Source: an uncultured Muribaculaceae bacterium (lineage in GTDB: Bacteria > Bacillota_I > Bacilli_A > RF39 > UBA660). Taken from it: DNA of 32,499 nt. The notes beneath the pieces are model-generated. The model saw only the letters and a list, made by a program, of their open reading frames with translations. It did not search any database and was not told the DNA's origin. Location: NCBI GenBank assembly GCA_964551265.1, contig CAZKBC010000001.1, positions 1 through 32,499 of the forward strand. The letters run 5' to 3'. The position numbers were made by a program, and so were the translations under genes. Shown here piece by piece: positions 1-9,600 of the stretch; positions within the stretch are counted from its first letter, which is position 1; every line of letters starts with the position of its first letter.

Positions 1-1004
1 TATTAAATAAAATAACAGCAAAAGCTGATGAAATAGGTAAAGCATATGAAACATACTTAAAAAACTCAGAAACAGAAATAGTTGCATCTCCAGTTGCTAT
101 AGCAGAACCAACAACAACTACAACAACAGGTGCAGAGCAAACAACGCCAATACCAACAGTAGTTGTACAACCTTCAACTGAACCGATATCAAGTACGAAA
201 GGACCTTTAATAACACCAAATATATCGGGATTAAAGTTTAGTTATGATAAACAAGGAAATATAAAAAAACAAGGCGATACTGATTTTTATCCAGTTACTT
301 CTTCAGATGGAACGAGATATTTGTTATATTTAGGAGGAAGAAAACCTACTGATCCTATACCTTCTAATATGCAAATTGTATTTGGTTTGCATGGGTATGG
401 AGAAAGAGCAACTGGCTCTGGAAGTGAACTAAGGAGACTATTTAATAATGGTATACCTAAATATCTAAATTCTAACAGTCAAGATGTTATTGCGATAGTT
501 CCACAAATACGAGATGGAAATTCATATGATAACTCGACTATAACAAGTCTTCATAATATATATAGTGATGTAAAAACTGCATTTGGAGCAAATAGTAAGA
601 TGGATGCAAGTGGAATTAGTATGGGAGGGCATACCCTGCTTAAATATGCTGCAGTATATCCTCAAGATTTTTCTACAATAACCATTGTTTCTGGAGCACC
701 AAGATTAGATATGGGTTTTTTCAAGTTTACTCCAGAACAACAAAAGAATCTTCAAAATTCAAACATATTAATTGTTTCTGGAAAGAATGATTGGAGTAAT
801 GGCCAAAGTGATAGAGCAAAGCAACTTTATACATATTTGACTGGAAGTACTGGTATAGACTACAGTGTGAGTAAAAATGATTCTATGCTTGAAATTGCAA
901 AACAACACAAGGAAAGCGGTGGAATTGCTTTTGTTCAAGTAGAGGACGCTGGACACAATACCTGGGACTATGCAACGCCTGGAATTATTGCAAAATACAA
1001 TTAA
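1..1004 (+). CDS. 5'-truncated ORF: helical and Thr/Pro-rich linker region fused to a C-terminal alpha/beta-hydrolase (esterase/lipase-like) domain; candidate T7SS-exported effector
   Basis: Frame 3 is open from nt 3 with no stop, so the TTG at 321 in the ORF track is not the real start. The upstream translation reads ...AKADEIGKAYETYLKNSE...EPTTTTTTGAEQTTPIPTVVVQPSTEP...DGTRYLLYLGG. The domain shows FGLHGYGE, a nucleophile elbow G-I-S-M-G-G (612-629), a later Asp (GKNDW) and His (DAGHNTWD, ~950-967), which is the Ser-Asp-His order of alpha/beta hydrolases. It lies directly upstream of essC. Confidence 0.6.
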   Translation, partial: LNKITAKADEIGKAYETYLKNSETEIVASPVAIAEPTTTTTTGAEQTTPIPTVVVQPSTEPISSTKGPLITPNISGLKFSYDKQGNIKKQGDTDFYPVTSSDGTRYLLYLGGRKPTDPIPSNMQIVFGLHGYGERATGSGSELRRLFNNGIPKYLNSNSQDVIAIVPQIRDGNSYDNSTITSLHNIYSDVKTAFGANSKMDASGISMGGHTLLKYAAVYPQDFSTITIVSGAPRLDMGFFKFTPEQQKNLQNSNILIVSGKNDWSNGQSDRAKQLYTYLTGSTGIDYSVSKNDSMLEIAKQHKESGGIAFVQVEDAGHNTWDYATPGIIAKYN

Positions 1005-1009
1005 TTTGT

Positions 1010-1038
1010 TTGCTATTTAACTATGAATAATGTATAAT
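1010..1038 (+). promoter_or_regulatory. sigma-A-type promoter in front of essC
   Basis: TTGCTA (1010-1015), a 17 nt spacer, then TATAAT (1033-1038) with TG immediately upstream. An AAGGA RBS sits at 1063-1067, 9 nt before the ATG at 1077. Confidence 0.5.
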
Positions 1039-1076
1039 TAAACAAGATAATAGGGGTTATTTAAGGATGTGATGCT

Positions 1077-4000
1077 ATGCAATTGCTATTAATTAAAAAA
1101 GATAAAATTGATACTATTAAATTGCCCTCAAACATATTTGGGAGTTATTGGATTGTAGATAGAATAAACTCTAAAAGAAACAATAATCTTATTAATGTAT
1201 TTGAAGAAAATGGCAAATGGAAGATAGTAAGTAATGAAGAAACAAAAATATTAGAAAGCAGCGGAATGGTTGTTGAATCAGCTATATTGACAGAATATAG
1301 TTTTTATTATATTCAAACTAAGGAAAAAACTATATATATTCTTTACTCTTGTCCTGTATATGATAAGAGTACTATTCAATTATCTTTTGCGAATGTTTCA
1401 GAAATCAATATAGGTAGTGAAAATACAAATGAAATAGTATATAATCTTCAAGTTATTGGAAAACAAAATACTAAGTTATTATATAAAGATAATATATGGA
1501 AAATTATTGACTTAGATAGTAAATTTGGGACATATTTAAACGGAATATCTATCAGAGAAACAATATTAAATAACGGAGATGTAATATTTATAATGGGTTT
1601 AAAAATTACTTTATTAGGTAATACTTTATTAATTAACAATCCTTTTAATGCTGTTTCTTATAATCAAAATATATTTACTATAGCTAAACCAATTACTATG
1701 GAATATGTTGAAATTAATGAAGAGGATGAACTTGTAGAGTTGTATAAAGAAGAAGATTATTTTTTAAGATCACCAAGATTTAAAACAATGATTGAAAAAG
1801 AAGTCTTAGTTATTGATCCACCCCCATCAAAGGAAAATACTGAAGAATTGCCTTTAATGTTCGTAGTTGGACCTATGCTTTCAATGAGCATGATGTCTTT
1901 AATGACTGTTTTTACTTCTTTGAATAGATTTTTATCTGGTGAAGCAGAGTTTAAAACTGTATTACCCTCTTTAATAGTGGCTTTTGCAATGATGCTTAGT
2001 ATGATATTATGGCCTTTATTAAATAAAAAATATCAAAAAAAGAAAAAGCAAGAATATGAAAGAGAAAGACAAAAAAAATATGGAGGATATATTGATTCTA
2101 GAAGAGAACAACTAGAAGCAATATCAAGGAAACAAAAGCAAATATTAATTGAGAATTATTTGCCAGCTCCTACTTGTGAGAATATAATTATTAATAGAAA
2201 TAGACAATTATGGGAAAGAAAAATAGATCAACCGGATTTCTTAGCAACCAGATTAGGAATAGGTAATACCCCATTAGAAGTTGATATAAGGTATCCTGAG
2301 ACTCATTTTGCTATGGATGAAGATAATTTAAAAGATGAATTAAATAGAATGGTTAATGTATCAAAAGATTTAAAAGATGTTCCAATAAGTATTTCTTTTT
2401 TAGAAAAGAACTATTCGGCAATAGTTGGTAAAAGAAATCTAACAAACGAATTTATGAAAGAAATATTATTACAATTTGTAACTTTTCATAGTTTTGAAGA
2501 TTTAAAATTAGTATTCTTAATGGATAAAGAATACGAAGATGATTGGGAATTTTTGAAACCTATACCTCATATTTGGTCAGATGATAAAACTATTAGGTAT
2601 TTTGCAACCGGTTATGAAGAAATGAAAGAATTATCTTCTGTTTTAGAACAAGAATTACAAGAAAGAACAAGTTCTGAGGGATCTTCCTCAAAAGATTATA
2701 AATCCTTTTACCCATATTATATAATTATTACAAACAACTATACGATTTCAAAAAACATTAAAATATTAAATGATGTTTTAAAGCAAAAAGTTAACTATGG
2801 ATATAGCGTTATAGTAATAAATGAAACTTTATCTAGTTTACCTAATGAGTGTACAACATTTATTAGTATAGATAGTAGTAAGGGCGGAGTATTTGAAAGT
2901 GAATTAATATCTACAAAACAAAAAGAATTCTTTTTAGATAAACCTTCTTTAGCAAATATGAAAGATAGTGTTTATACATTGGCAAATACGCCTCTAAAGT
3001 TAACAAAAGAGATGTATTCTTTACCGAAAGTATATTCATTTTTAGAAATGTTTGAAGTTGGTAAAGTAGAACAATTAAATGCTCTGTATAGATGGAAAAC
3101 AAATAATTCAATTATGTCATTACAAACACCTATTGGTATAGATAGTCATGGAATGATTTCAAGATTAGATGTGCATGAAAAAGCACATGGGCCTCATGGA
3201 CTTATTGCGGGAATGACTGGTTCTGGAAAGAGTGAATTGATAATTACTTATATTGTATCTTTAGCTGTTAATTATCATCCAGATGATGTGTCTTTTGTAT
3301 TAATAGATTATAAAGGTGGTTTTTTAGTAGGAGCTTTACAAAATAATGAAACTGGAATAAAATTACCACACTTAGCGGGGTCAATTACTAACCTTGATAC
3401 TGTAGAAATGAATAGATCTTTACTTTCAATTCAAAGTGAATTAAAAAGAAGACAAAGATTATTTAATGAAGTAAGAGAAGAATTAAATGAAAGTACAATG
3501 GATATTTATAAATATCAAAAGCTATATCATGAAGGGTTAATTAAAGAACCTATACCTCATTTGTTAATAATATCAGATGAGTTTGCAGAGTTAAAAACAC
3601 AACAAGCTGAGTTTATGGATCAATTAATAAGTACTGCTCGTATAGGCCGTAGTTTGGGAGTTCATTTAATATTAGCAACTCAAAAACCTTCTGGAGTAGT
3701 TAACGATCAAATTTGGAGTAATAGTAGATTTAAAATATGTTTAAAAGTACAAGAAAAATCAGATAGTATGGATGTAATTAAGTCTCCAGATGCAGCTAGT
3801 TTAACTCATGTTGGAAGATATTACTTGCAAGTTGGATATAATGAATATTTTTCTTTAGGACAATCTGCTTGGACCGGTGCACAATATATACCATCAGATA
3901 AAATAAAAAAAGAAGTTGATACCTCAATAGATTTTATTAATAATATAGGAGAAATAATTAAAGAAGTTGAAGAACAAAAAAAGAATCAAAAAGCATCTGA

Positions 4001-5687
4001 GGGAGATCAATTAACTTCTGTAGTTAAATATTTATCTAATTTAGCAAAAAAAGAAAACATAAAAATAAAACAATTATGGTTAGATAGAATACCAGAGAAA
4101 ATATTTGTAGATAAATTAACTCAAAAATATGATTATAAAACTTCTACGGGTATAATTAATCCAATAATTGGAGAGTTTGATGATCCATTTAATCAAAGTC
4201 AAGGATTATTAACTTTACCATTATCAACTGAAGGAAACGTAATTATTTATGGTGCTGCTGACAGTGGAAAAGAGTTATTACTAAATAGTTTAATATATTC
4301 TACTATAATAAGTCATACGGTAAATGAAGTAAATTTTTACATAATGGATTTTGGAACAGAATCATTAAGAATATTTTCTGAAGCTCCACATGTAGGAGAT
4401 GTGTTATTCTCAGATGATGTTGAAAAAATAAATAATATATTTAAGATGATTAGAAAAGAGATAAATTCTAGAAAGAAAATATTTGCGGATTATTATGGTG
4501 ACTATCAATATTTTATAAAAAATAGTGGAAAAATGTTGCCAACAATTGTAATAATAATTAATAACTTTGAAGCATTTCAAGAAACTTATGTTAATTTTGA
4601 AGAAGAAATTCTTCAACTTACAAGAGAAGGTTTAAAATATGGAATAGTATTTGTATTAACAGTTACAACTTCAAATGCTATAAGATATAAACTAGCAAAG
4701 AACTTTAGACAAAAATTATCTTTACAATTAAATGATGATAATGATTATTCTAATATATTTGATAGAGTAAAAGATAAACTTCCTTCTAAAGTATATGGAA
4801 GAGGATTAATAGAATTATCTGCTCTACATGAATTTCAAACTGCTTTTGTTAAGGATGTTGAGAATGTTAACGAATATATTATTAACGAATGTAAAGAGTT
4901 AAAAAATAAATCAAAAATAGTGGCAGATAAAGTTATGGTTTTACCTGAAAGAGTAACATTAAAGATGATTTCTCAAGATTTCAAGGGTATTACATCTGTT
5001 CCAATAGGAATTGAAAAAGAGAATTTAGAAATTTCAAGCTATAATTTTGGAAGCAGTATAGCAACCATTATGTCATCTCAAGATTTTGCGGCATCATCTA
5101 AGTTTATAAATTCATTTATTGCGCAATTATGCAAACAAGATGTAGCAGACTTAGTAGTGGTTGATAATGATGAATTATTGGAAACTAACGATATACAAGG
5201 TATGAAATACTATAAGTCGGATGCAAATCAATTTTTTGAAGATTTTAAGACAATAATAAATGAACAATATGAATTATATAAAACAAATAATTACAGTAAA
5301 AAAATATTAGATACATACAAGAATAAAATTGTGGTAATTATAGGGTTAGAAAAGTTTAAAACTAGATTAAAAGATGAAAATCAAAAGGGCCTAGAAGAAT
5401 TTTTTACAAAGTCACAAGAAATGATGAAGCAAGTGTATATATTTGTAGAAAATGTTGACAAACTTAAGAAATTAGAATACGATAATTGGTATAGGAGTAT
5501 AATTAATTCAAACCAAGGAATTTGGTTGGGAAATGGAATAGCAGATCAATTTGCTATTAAGTTAGTTAAAGTTGGAAAAGAACTTTATCAAGATATTGGA
5601 AGTGGATTTGGTTACAATGTAATAAGAGGTGTACCAACACTTGTAAAACTTGTTGAAGATGAAGATGGATATGGTGAAGTATTATGA
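1077..5687 (+). CDS. essC: T7SSb FtsK/SpoIIIE-family translocase ATPase EssC (YukB-like)
   Basis: 1536 aa. The N-terminal ~200 aa has the FHA-like character of EssC (…GTYLNGISIRETILNNGDVIFIMGLKITL…). Two hydrophobic TM segments follow (LPLMFVVGPMLSMSMMSLMTVF, LPSLIVAFAMMLSMILWPLL). Three P-loop modules follow: D1 Walker A GMTGSGKSE (3210-3236) with Walker B LLIISDEFAEL, D2 GAADSGKE (4251-4274), and a degenerate D3. The ATGA stop/start overlaps the yukD-like gene. Confidence 0.93.
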   Translation: MQLLLIKKDKIDTIKLPSNIFGSYWIVDRINSKRNNNLINVFEENGKWKIVSNEETKILESSGMVVESAILTEYSFYYIQTKEKTIYILYSCPVYDKSTIQLSFANVSEINIGSENTNEIVYNLQVIGKQNTKLLYKDNIWKIIDLDSKFGTYLNGISIRETILNNGDVIFIMGLKITLLGNTLLINNPFNAVSYNQNIFTIAKPITMEYVEINEEDELVELYKEEDYFLRSPRFKTMIEKEVLVIDPPPSKENTEELPLMFVVGPMLSMSMMSLMTVFTSLNRFLSGEAEFKTVLPSLIVAFAMMLSMILWPLLNKKYQKKKKQEYERERQKKYGGYIDSRREQLEAISRKQKQILIENYLPAPTCENIIINRNRQLWERKIDQPDFLATRLGIGNTPLEVDIRYPETHFAMDEDNLKDELNRMVNVSKDLKDVPISISFLEKNYSAIVGKRNLTNEFMKEILLQFVTFHSFEDLKLVFLMDKEYEDDWEFLKPIPHIWSDDKTIRYFATGYEEMKELSSVLEQELQERTSSEGSSSKDYKSFYPYYIIITNNYTISKNIKILNDVLKQKVNYGYSVIVINETLSSLPNECTTFISIDSSKGGVFESELISTKQKEFFLDKPSLANMKDSVYTLANTPLKLTKEMYSLPKVYSFLEMFEVGKVEQLNALYRWKTNNSIMSLQTPIGIDSHGMISRLDVHEKAHGPHGLIAGMTGSGKSELIITYIVSLAVNYHPDDVSFVLIDYKGGFLVGALQNNETGIKLPHLAGSITNLDTVEMNRSLLSIQSELKRRQRLFNEVREELNESTMDIYKYQKLYHEGLIKEPIPHLLIISDEFAELKTQQAEFMDQLISTARIGRSLGVHLILATQKPSGVVNDQIWSNSRFKICLKVQEKSDSMDVIKSPDAASLTHVGRYYLQVGYNEYFSLGQSAWTGAQYIPSDKIKKEVDTSIDFINNIGEIIKEVEEQKKNQKASEGDQLTSVVKYLSNLAKKENIKIKQLWLDRIPEKIFVDKLTQKYDYKTSTGIINPIIGEFDDPFNQSQGLLTLPLSTEGNVIIYGAADSGKELLLNSLIYSTIISHTVNEVNFYIMDFGTESLRIFSEAPHVGDVLFSDDVEKINNIFKMIRKEINSRKKIFADYYGDYQYFIKNSGKMLPTIVIIINNFEAFQETYVNFEEEILQLTREGLKYGIVFVLTVTTSNAIRYKLAKNFRQKLSLQLNDDNDYSNIFDRVKDKLPSKVYGRGLIELSALHEFQTAFVKDVENVNEYIINECKELKNKSKIVADKVMVLPERVTLKMISQDFKGITSVPIGIEKENLEISSYNFGSSIATIMSSQDFAASSKFINSFIAQLCKQDVADLVVVDNDELLETNDIQGMKYYKSDANQFFEDFKTIINEQYELYKTNNYSKKILDTYKNKIVVIIGLEKFKTRLKDENQKGLEEFFTKSQEMMKQVYIFVENVDKLKKLEYDNWYRSIINSNQGIWLGNGIADQFAIKLVKVGKELYQDIGSGFGYNVIRGVPTLVKLVEDEDGYGEVL

Positions 5688-5932
5688 ATAAAATCTTTGT
5701 AATCTTATATGTTCCATCGATTGGTGAAAAATATGAAATGTTTCTACCAATTAGTAAGAAAATAGGAACTATAGCAAAACTATTAACTAAATCGGTAAAC
5801 GAATTATCTGATGGAACATTTCCAATTAAAGAATCTCTCCTATACGATAAAAAAGATGGCAAAATATACGATTTAAACATCACAGTTAAAGAATCAAACA
5901 TAAGGAACGGTTCTGAAATAATATTAATTTAA
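5684..5932 (+). CDS. esaB: YukD/EsaB-like small ubiquitin-fold T7SS protein
   Basis: 82 aa, with a 4-nt ATGA overlap with essC. The C-terminus …NIRNGSEIILI resembles the …GITNGDxLxIL ending of EsaB/YukD. Size and position are typical. Confidence 0.7.
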   Translation: MNKIFVILYVPSIGEKYEMFLPISKKIGTIAKLLTKSVNELSDGTFPIKESLLYDKKDGKIYDLNITVKESNIRNGSEIILI

Positions 5933-5950
5933 GTAAGGAGGTGAAGAAAG

Positions 5951-6253
5951 ATGAATACAAATATTATGTTAAATCCTGCAGCTCTTGGAGATGAAATTAA
6001 TGCAATAAATGCACTTAAAGAAAGCGCATTAACAGTAATAACTGAAACTCAAAAAGCAATAGTTGAGTTAACTGGACCAAGTGGTGGACTATCAAGTCCA
6101 GAAGGAGGAAAGTTAGCAACTACTTATACTGAAAAAGCTAATAAAATGTTAAACGATTTAGATTCTTTCGTACAAGAATATACTACTGCATTAAATAACG
6201 CTGCACAAAACTTAATTAATGCTAGTGCTACTAACTTTAGTAATATAGGTTAA
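5951..6253 (+). CDS. WXG100-like ~100 aa helical hairpin protein (degenerate W-x-G: P-E-G at the turn)
   Basis: Strong RBS AAGGAGGTG 8 nt upstream. 100 aa with two predicted helices separated by a Gly/Pro turn (GPSGGLSSPEGGK). It sits next to essC/esaB. There is no literal WXG. Confidence 0.55.
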   Translation: MNTNIMLNPAALGDEINAINALKESALTVITETQKAIVELTGPSGGLSSPEGGKLATTYTEKANKMLNDLDSFVQEYTTALNNAAQNLINASATNFSNIG

Positions 6254-6273
6254 AAAAAGGAGGGAATAATTAT

Positions 6274-6540
6274 ATGTTAGATATTAATATAGGCGCAATT
6301 GAAGCTAAAATAACTGCTTTAAATGCTAAGAACGATGAATTAATGAGATTATTAGAACAAATTAATACAAAGTTTGAAGGTGTTCAAGGGATTGCAAGCC
6401 GTGACGTACTTAAAATAAAAGATAAATATACTGCTGCAAAAGCATCTCAAGTTAACTTGAGAGAAGCTCTAGCATCGATTGTGGCATATTTAGGAAAAGT
6501 AAAAACAAATTACGAAGAATCAACAAATACAGTAAGATAG
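6274..6540 (+). CDS. Small helical T7SS-associated protein (WXG100-like or Lap-like; F-E-G at the mid-point)
   Basis: RBS AAGGAGGG. 88 aa, all-helical composition, with FEGVQG at aa 34-39 where WXG normally sits. It is paired with the preceding 100-aa gene. Confidence 0.45.
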   Translation: MLDINIGAIEAKITALNAKNDELMRLLEQINTKFEGVQGIASRDVLKIKDKYTAAKASQVNLREALASIVAYLGKVKTNYEESTNTVR

Positions 6541-6559
6541 TTCTCTATTTATAGAGACT

Positions 6560-6602
6560 ATTTCTAATTAAATAGTCTATATTTAATTAGAAATGGTTTT
6601 TA
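6560..6602 (+). terminator. Intrinsic terminator/attenuator-like hairpin between the small esx-like genes and the giant gene
   Basis: Perfect 14-bp stem ATTTCTAATTAAAT (6560-6573) / ATTTAATTAGAAAT (6581-6594) with a 7-nt loop, followed by GGTTTTTA. The stem is almost all A-T, so it is weak. Confidence 0.45.
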
Positions 6603-6611
6603 TAAGAAAGA

Positions 6612-9600
6612 GTGGTGCGAATGAAAAAGGGTTTGATGAAAGTAGATTTTGTAAGTGTAAAAGCTTACTCAGACAAGTTGAAAGCAAAGGCTGAAGAAAT
6701 AAATGTTAGCTTTGTTGCTCCAACAAGTATGCCAATAATAAGTGTGGGATTAGTTCCTACATATTTTACTGATTTCTCAGATGCTATTAAGAGATTTAAT
6801 TTATATTTAACAAACCTTTCTGACGCAGTTGCTAAGTATCATGATGGTTTGGCTTCAATTGAAGGATATGCAACGGAACAAGGACCTGCGGTTGGAGATG
6901 ATCCTGGTTATTCACCAGGAGGCAATAATCCACCAGGAGAAGGAACCCCACCAGGAGTAGTAGTTCCACCAGGAGGATCAGTTCCTCCACCAACAGTACC
7001 TATTGAAATTCCACCTGGACTAATGCAATTATCTGGATATGCAGCATTAGGCCCTAATGCTTCTATGAGCGATATAATGGCCTCTATAGGAGCAATTGCA
7101 GCTGGGCTTGGCATTTCTGTATCAGACTTATTTTCGGGCGAATATAACCACTTAATAAGCCAAATACTTGGTGCTGCTACAAACAATGCAGTATTTATAG
7201 CAACTATAACTCAATTAGGAGAATCTGCATTACAAGCTTATTTAAAACAATTAATGAGTGCTTCAAGTCAACCTACATTTATGGTACCTATTGCAGAATT
7301 CCTTAAGTATTTAGCAAAATTTAAAGATTCTAAATTAAGTACAATAATGAATGATCCAAAATATGCAATTGATATTAAAACAGCTCTTCAAGATCATAGA
7401 GTATCTTTAGTCAACTTAAATGATTTAGGAAGTAAAGGTGCTATAGATGTTCAAGGAGAATTAAAAAATATAATTACTGGTAATAATCAAGGATCTGTAA
7501 AAGTAGATCCAATTACTACTGAAATATTAAAAGATTATCTAACAGGTGTTGCTCAAAAGAATAATATTACACTTGATCAATTATTAAATGATGCAAAATA
7601 TGCAGATTTAGCAAAGACTGCTCTAAATGAATTTTTAAAATTCTGGTTATATGGTGATCAATCCGGATTATTATTTGCTGGGTTAGCTATTGTAAACGGA
7701 AATATGGTAAGTACGCTTGCCCCAATTCAAATATCTAAAGAAGATTTAGAAAAATCAGGATATACTGAGTTAAGAGTTGGTGCATCAAGAGAAGATGTTA
7801 ATGCATCTTTAGCGGCTATTTTAGCAAAATTAGGACTTACTACTGAAGATTTATATTCTGGAAAATATAATAATTTATTAACTCAAATACTAAATAATTC
7901 TTCATCAACGTCAACTTTTATATATACAGTAAATCAACTTGATGAACAAAATCTACAAGCATATTTAAATGAGTTATATAAAGCAGAATCTACTCCAAAA
8001 CATTTTGTTCCTGTTTCATCTTATTTAAGTTACCTAGCAAAAGAACAAGGAACAGATATGAATGGTTTATTAACAGATGATAAATATGCTAGTTTAATAA
8101 AAGGATCTTTAGATTTACATAGAAATTCTCTTGTTAATCTAAATGGATTGAATCAACAAGAAATTACTACTATTCAAAAAGAATTAAATCAAATTATGTT
8201 ACCTGAGGGAACTGAAGAATATAATGTTGATAATGTTACTAAAAAAATGTTAGAAGACTTCTTAAAATCAGTTGCTGATAAAAATAAAATTTCATTGAAC
8301 GATATGTTAACTCAAGACAAATATGCACAGTTAACTAAAGATTCTTTAAATGAATTTTTAAAGTTCCAATTACATGGTGATGATAATAGTTTACCAACTG
8401 CCGGATTAATTCAAGAGTTAAATAATGTAGCAGTAGAAAATAATACTACAACTGAAAACATATTAAATGGTAACAATAATGATGCATTATCAAACTACAT
8501 ATCAAATACAGATAATAATACTAATGTATCAGAAGTAATTAATAATATGGATGATAAAGGATTACAAAATTTTGTTGGAGAAATAGTAAATGAAAATAAG
8601 CATCCAGAAGTGGTTGCTAATCCGGTAATACAAAAGGTTGTTCAAACCATTTATAGAAATACTGAATATATAAAAGGAAATACAAATGAAATGGTAACTC
8701 TTCCAAAAGAAGAGATTGTAGAAGAAATAAAAATAGAAGAACTTCCAAAAGAAGAGATTAAAGAAATATTAACTAAAGAAGAATATGCCCCTAAAATAAA
8801 AGAGGTAGTTCAAACAACTAACTCGTTTAATTGGGCTGGTTTGTTTCCTCTTGCTGGATTAGGATTGATTCCATTAATAGTAGCTTTGAAAAAAAGAGAT
8901 AAGGGTAATGGAGAAGAAATAGCGTATGTAAGCGATGCAAAAAAAGGCTTAATAGACGCTAATTTTACTTATTTTGCTGATTCAAATATAGTTAGTGAAG
9001 AATCATTATTAGATGGAAGTAATTTCGAATTATTATCTATATATTTAAGTCAATTAGATAGTTTAAGTGCTGTATTAAATGTACTTGCTAATATGAAAGA
9101 TGATAATTTACAAAAATATTTATTACAATTATATAATTTAAAATTTGAACATGTTTGGAGTGGTAATTCATTAATAATTAAGATATTATTTAATGATTTA
9201 TCAAGAATTGCTTCAAAACAAGGTATCGATTTATCCACATTATTATCTAATTCAAACTATGTTGTATGGGTTAAAACATCAATTGTAGATATAGCAAAGA
9301 TGTATACAAAATATGAAGAAGATATAAATACAAGTGGTGGTTTTAAATTATTCTTAAGCAGTGTTTTAGGAAAATCAATAATAGTAAATCAAGAAAACTA
9401 TCAAATATTAAATACATTCTTAGAATTAAGTGCTAAGAATTTAGGAATAAATATTGAAGCTTTATTAAATCAAATATCAGAATTTAATAATAAACTTACA
9501 ATATTTGCAATTATTAGATATGGAGAAGGAGTAAAACCTTATTTATTTGGTTTTATTAACTCTTTATATCAAGAAATTCCAAATGATAAAGAATATGATA

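Noticed and set aside
6912-7001. PPG-rich stretch as a collagen-like triple-helix repeat
   Set aside because: The period is six residues (PPGxxx), not Gly-X-Y triplets, and only ~5 units are present. It is better described as a flexible Pro/Gly linker.
6908-7186. 92-aa minus-strand ORF rich in Pro/Gly (…PPGGTTTPGGVPSPGGLLPPGE)
   Set aside because: It is the antisense shadow of the PPGxxx repeat inside the giant gene. It has no RBS and lies wholly within a well-supported plus-strand ORF.
8700-8906. LPKEE…hydrophobic…KKRDK as a sortase LPXTG sorting signal
   Set aside because: LPKEE lacks the T-G of LPXTG and lies ~25-40 residues from the hydrophobic segment. The ORF continues for another ~900 aa. 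I treated it as an internal TM anchor instead.
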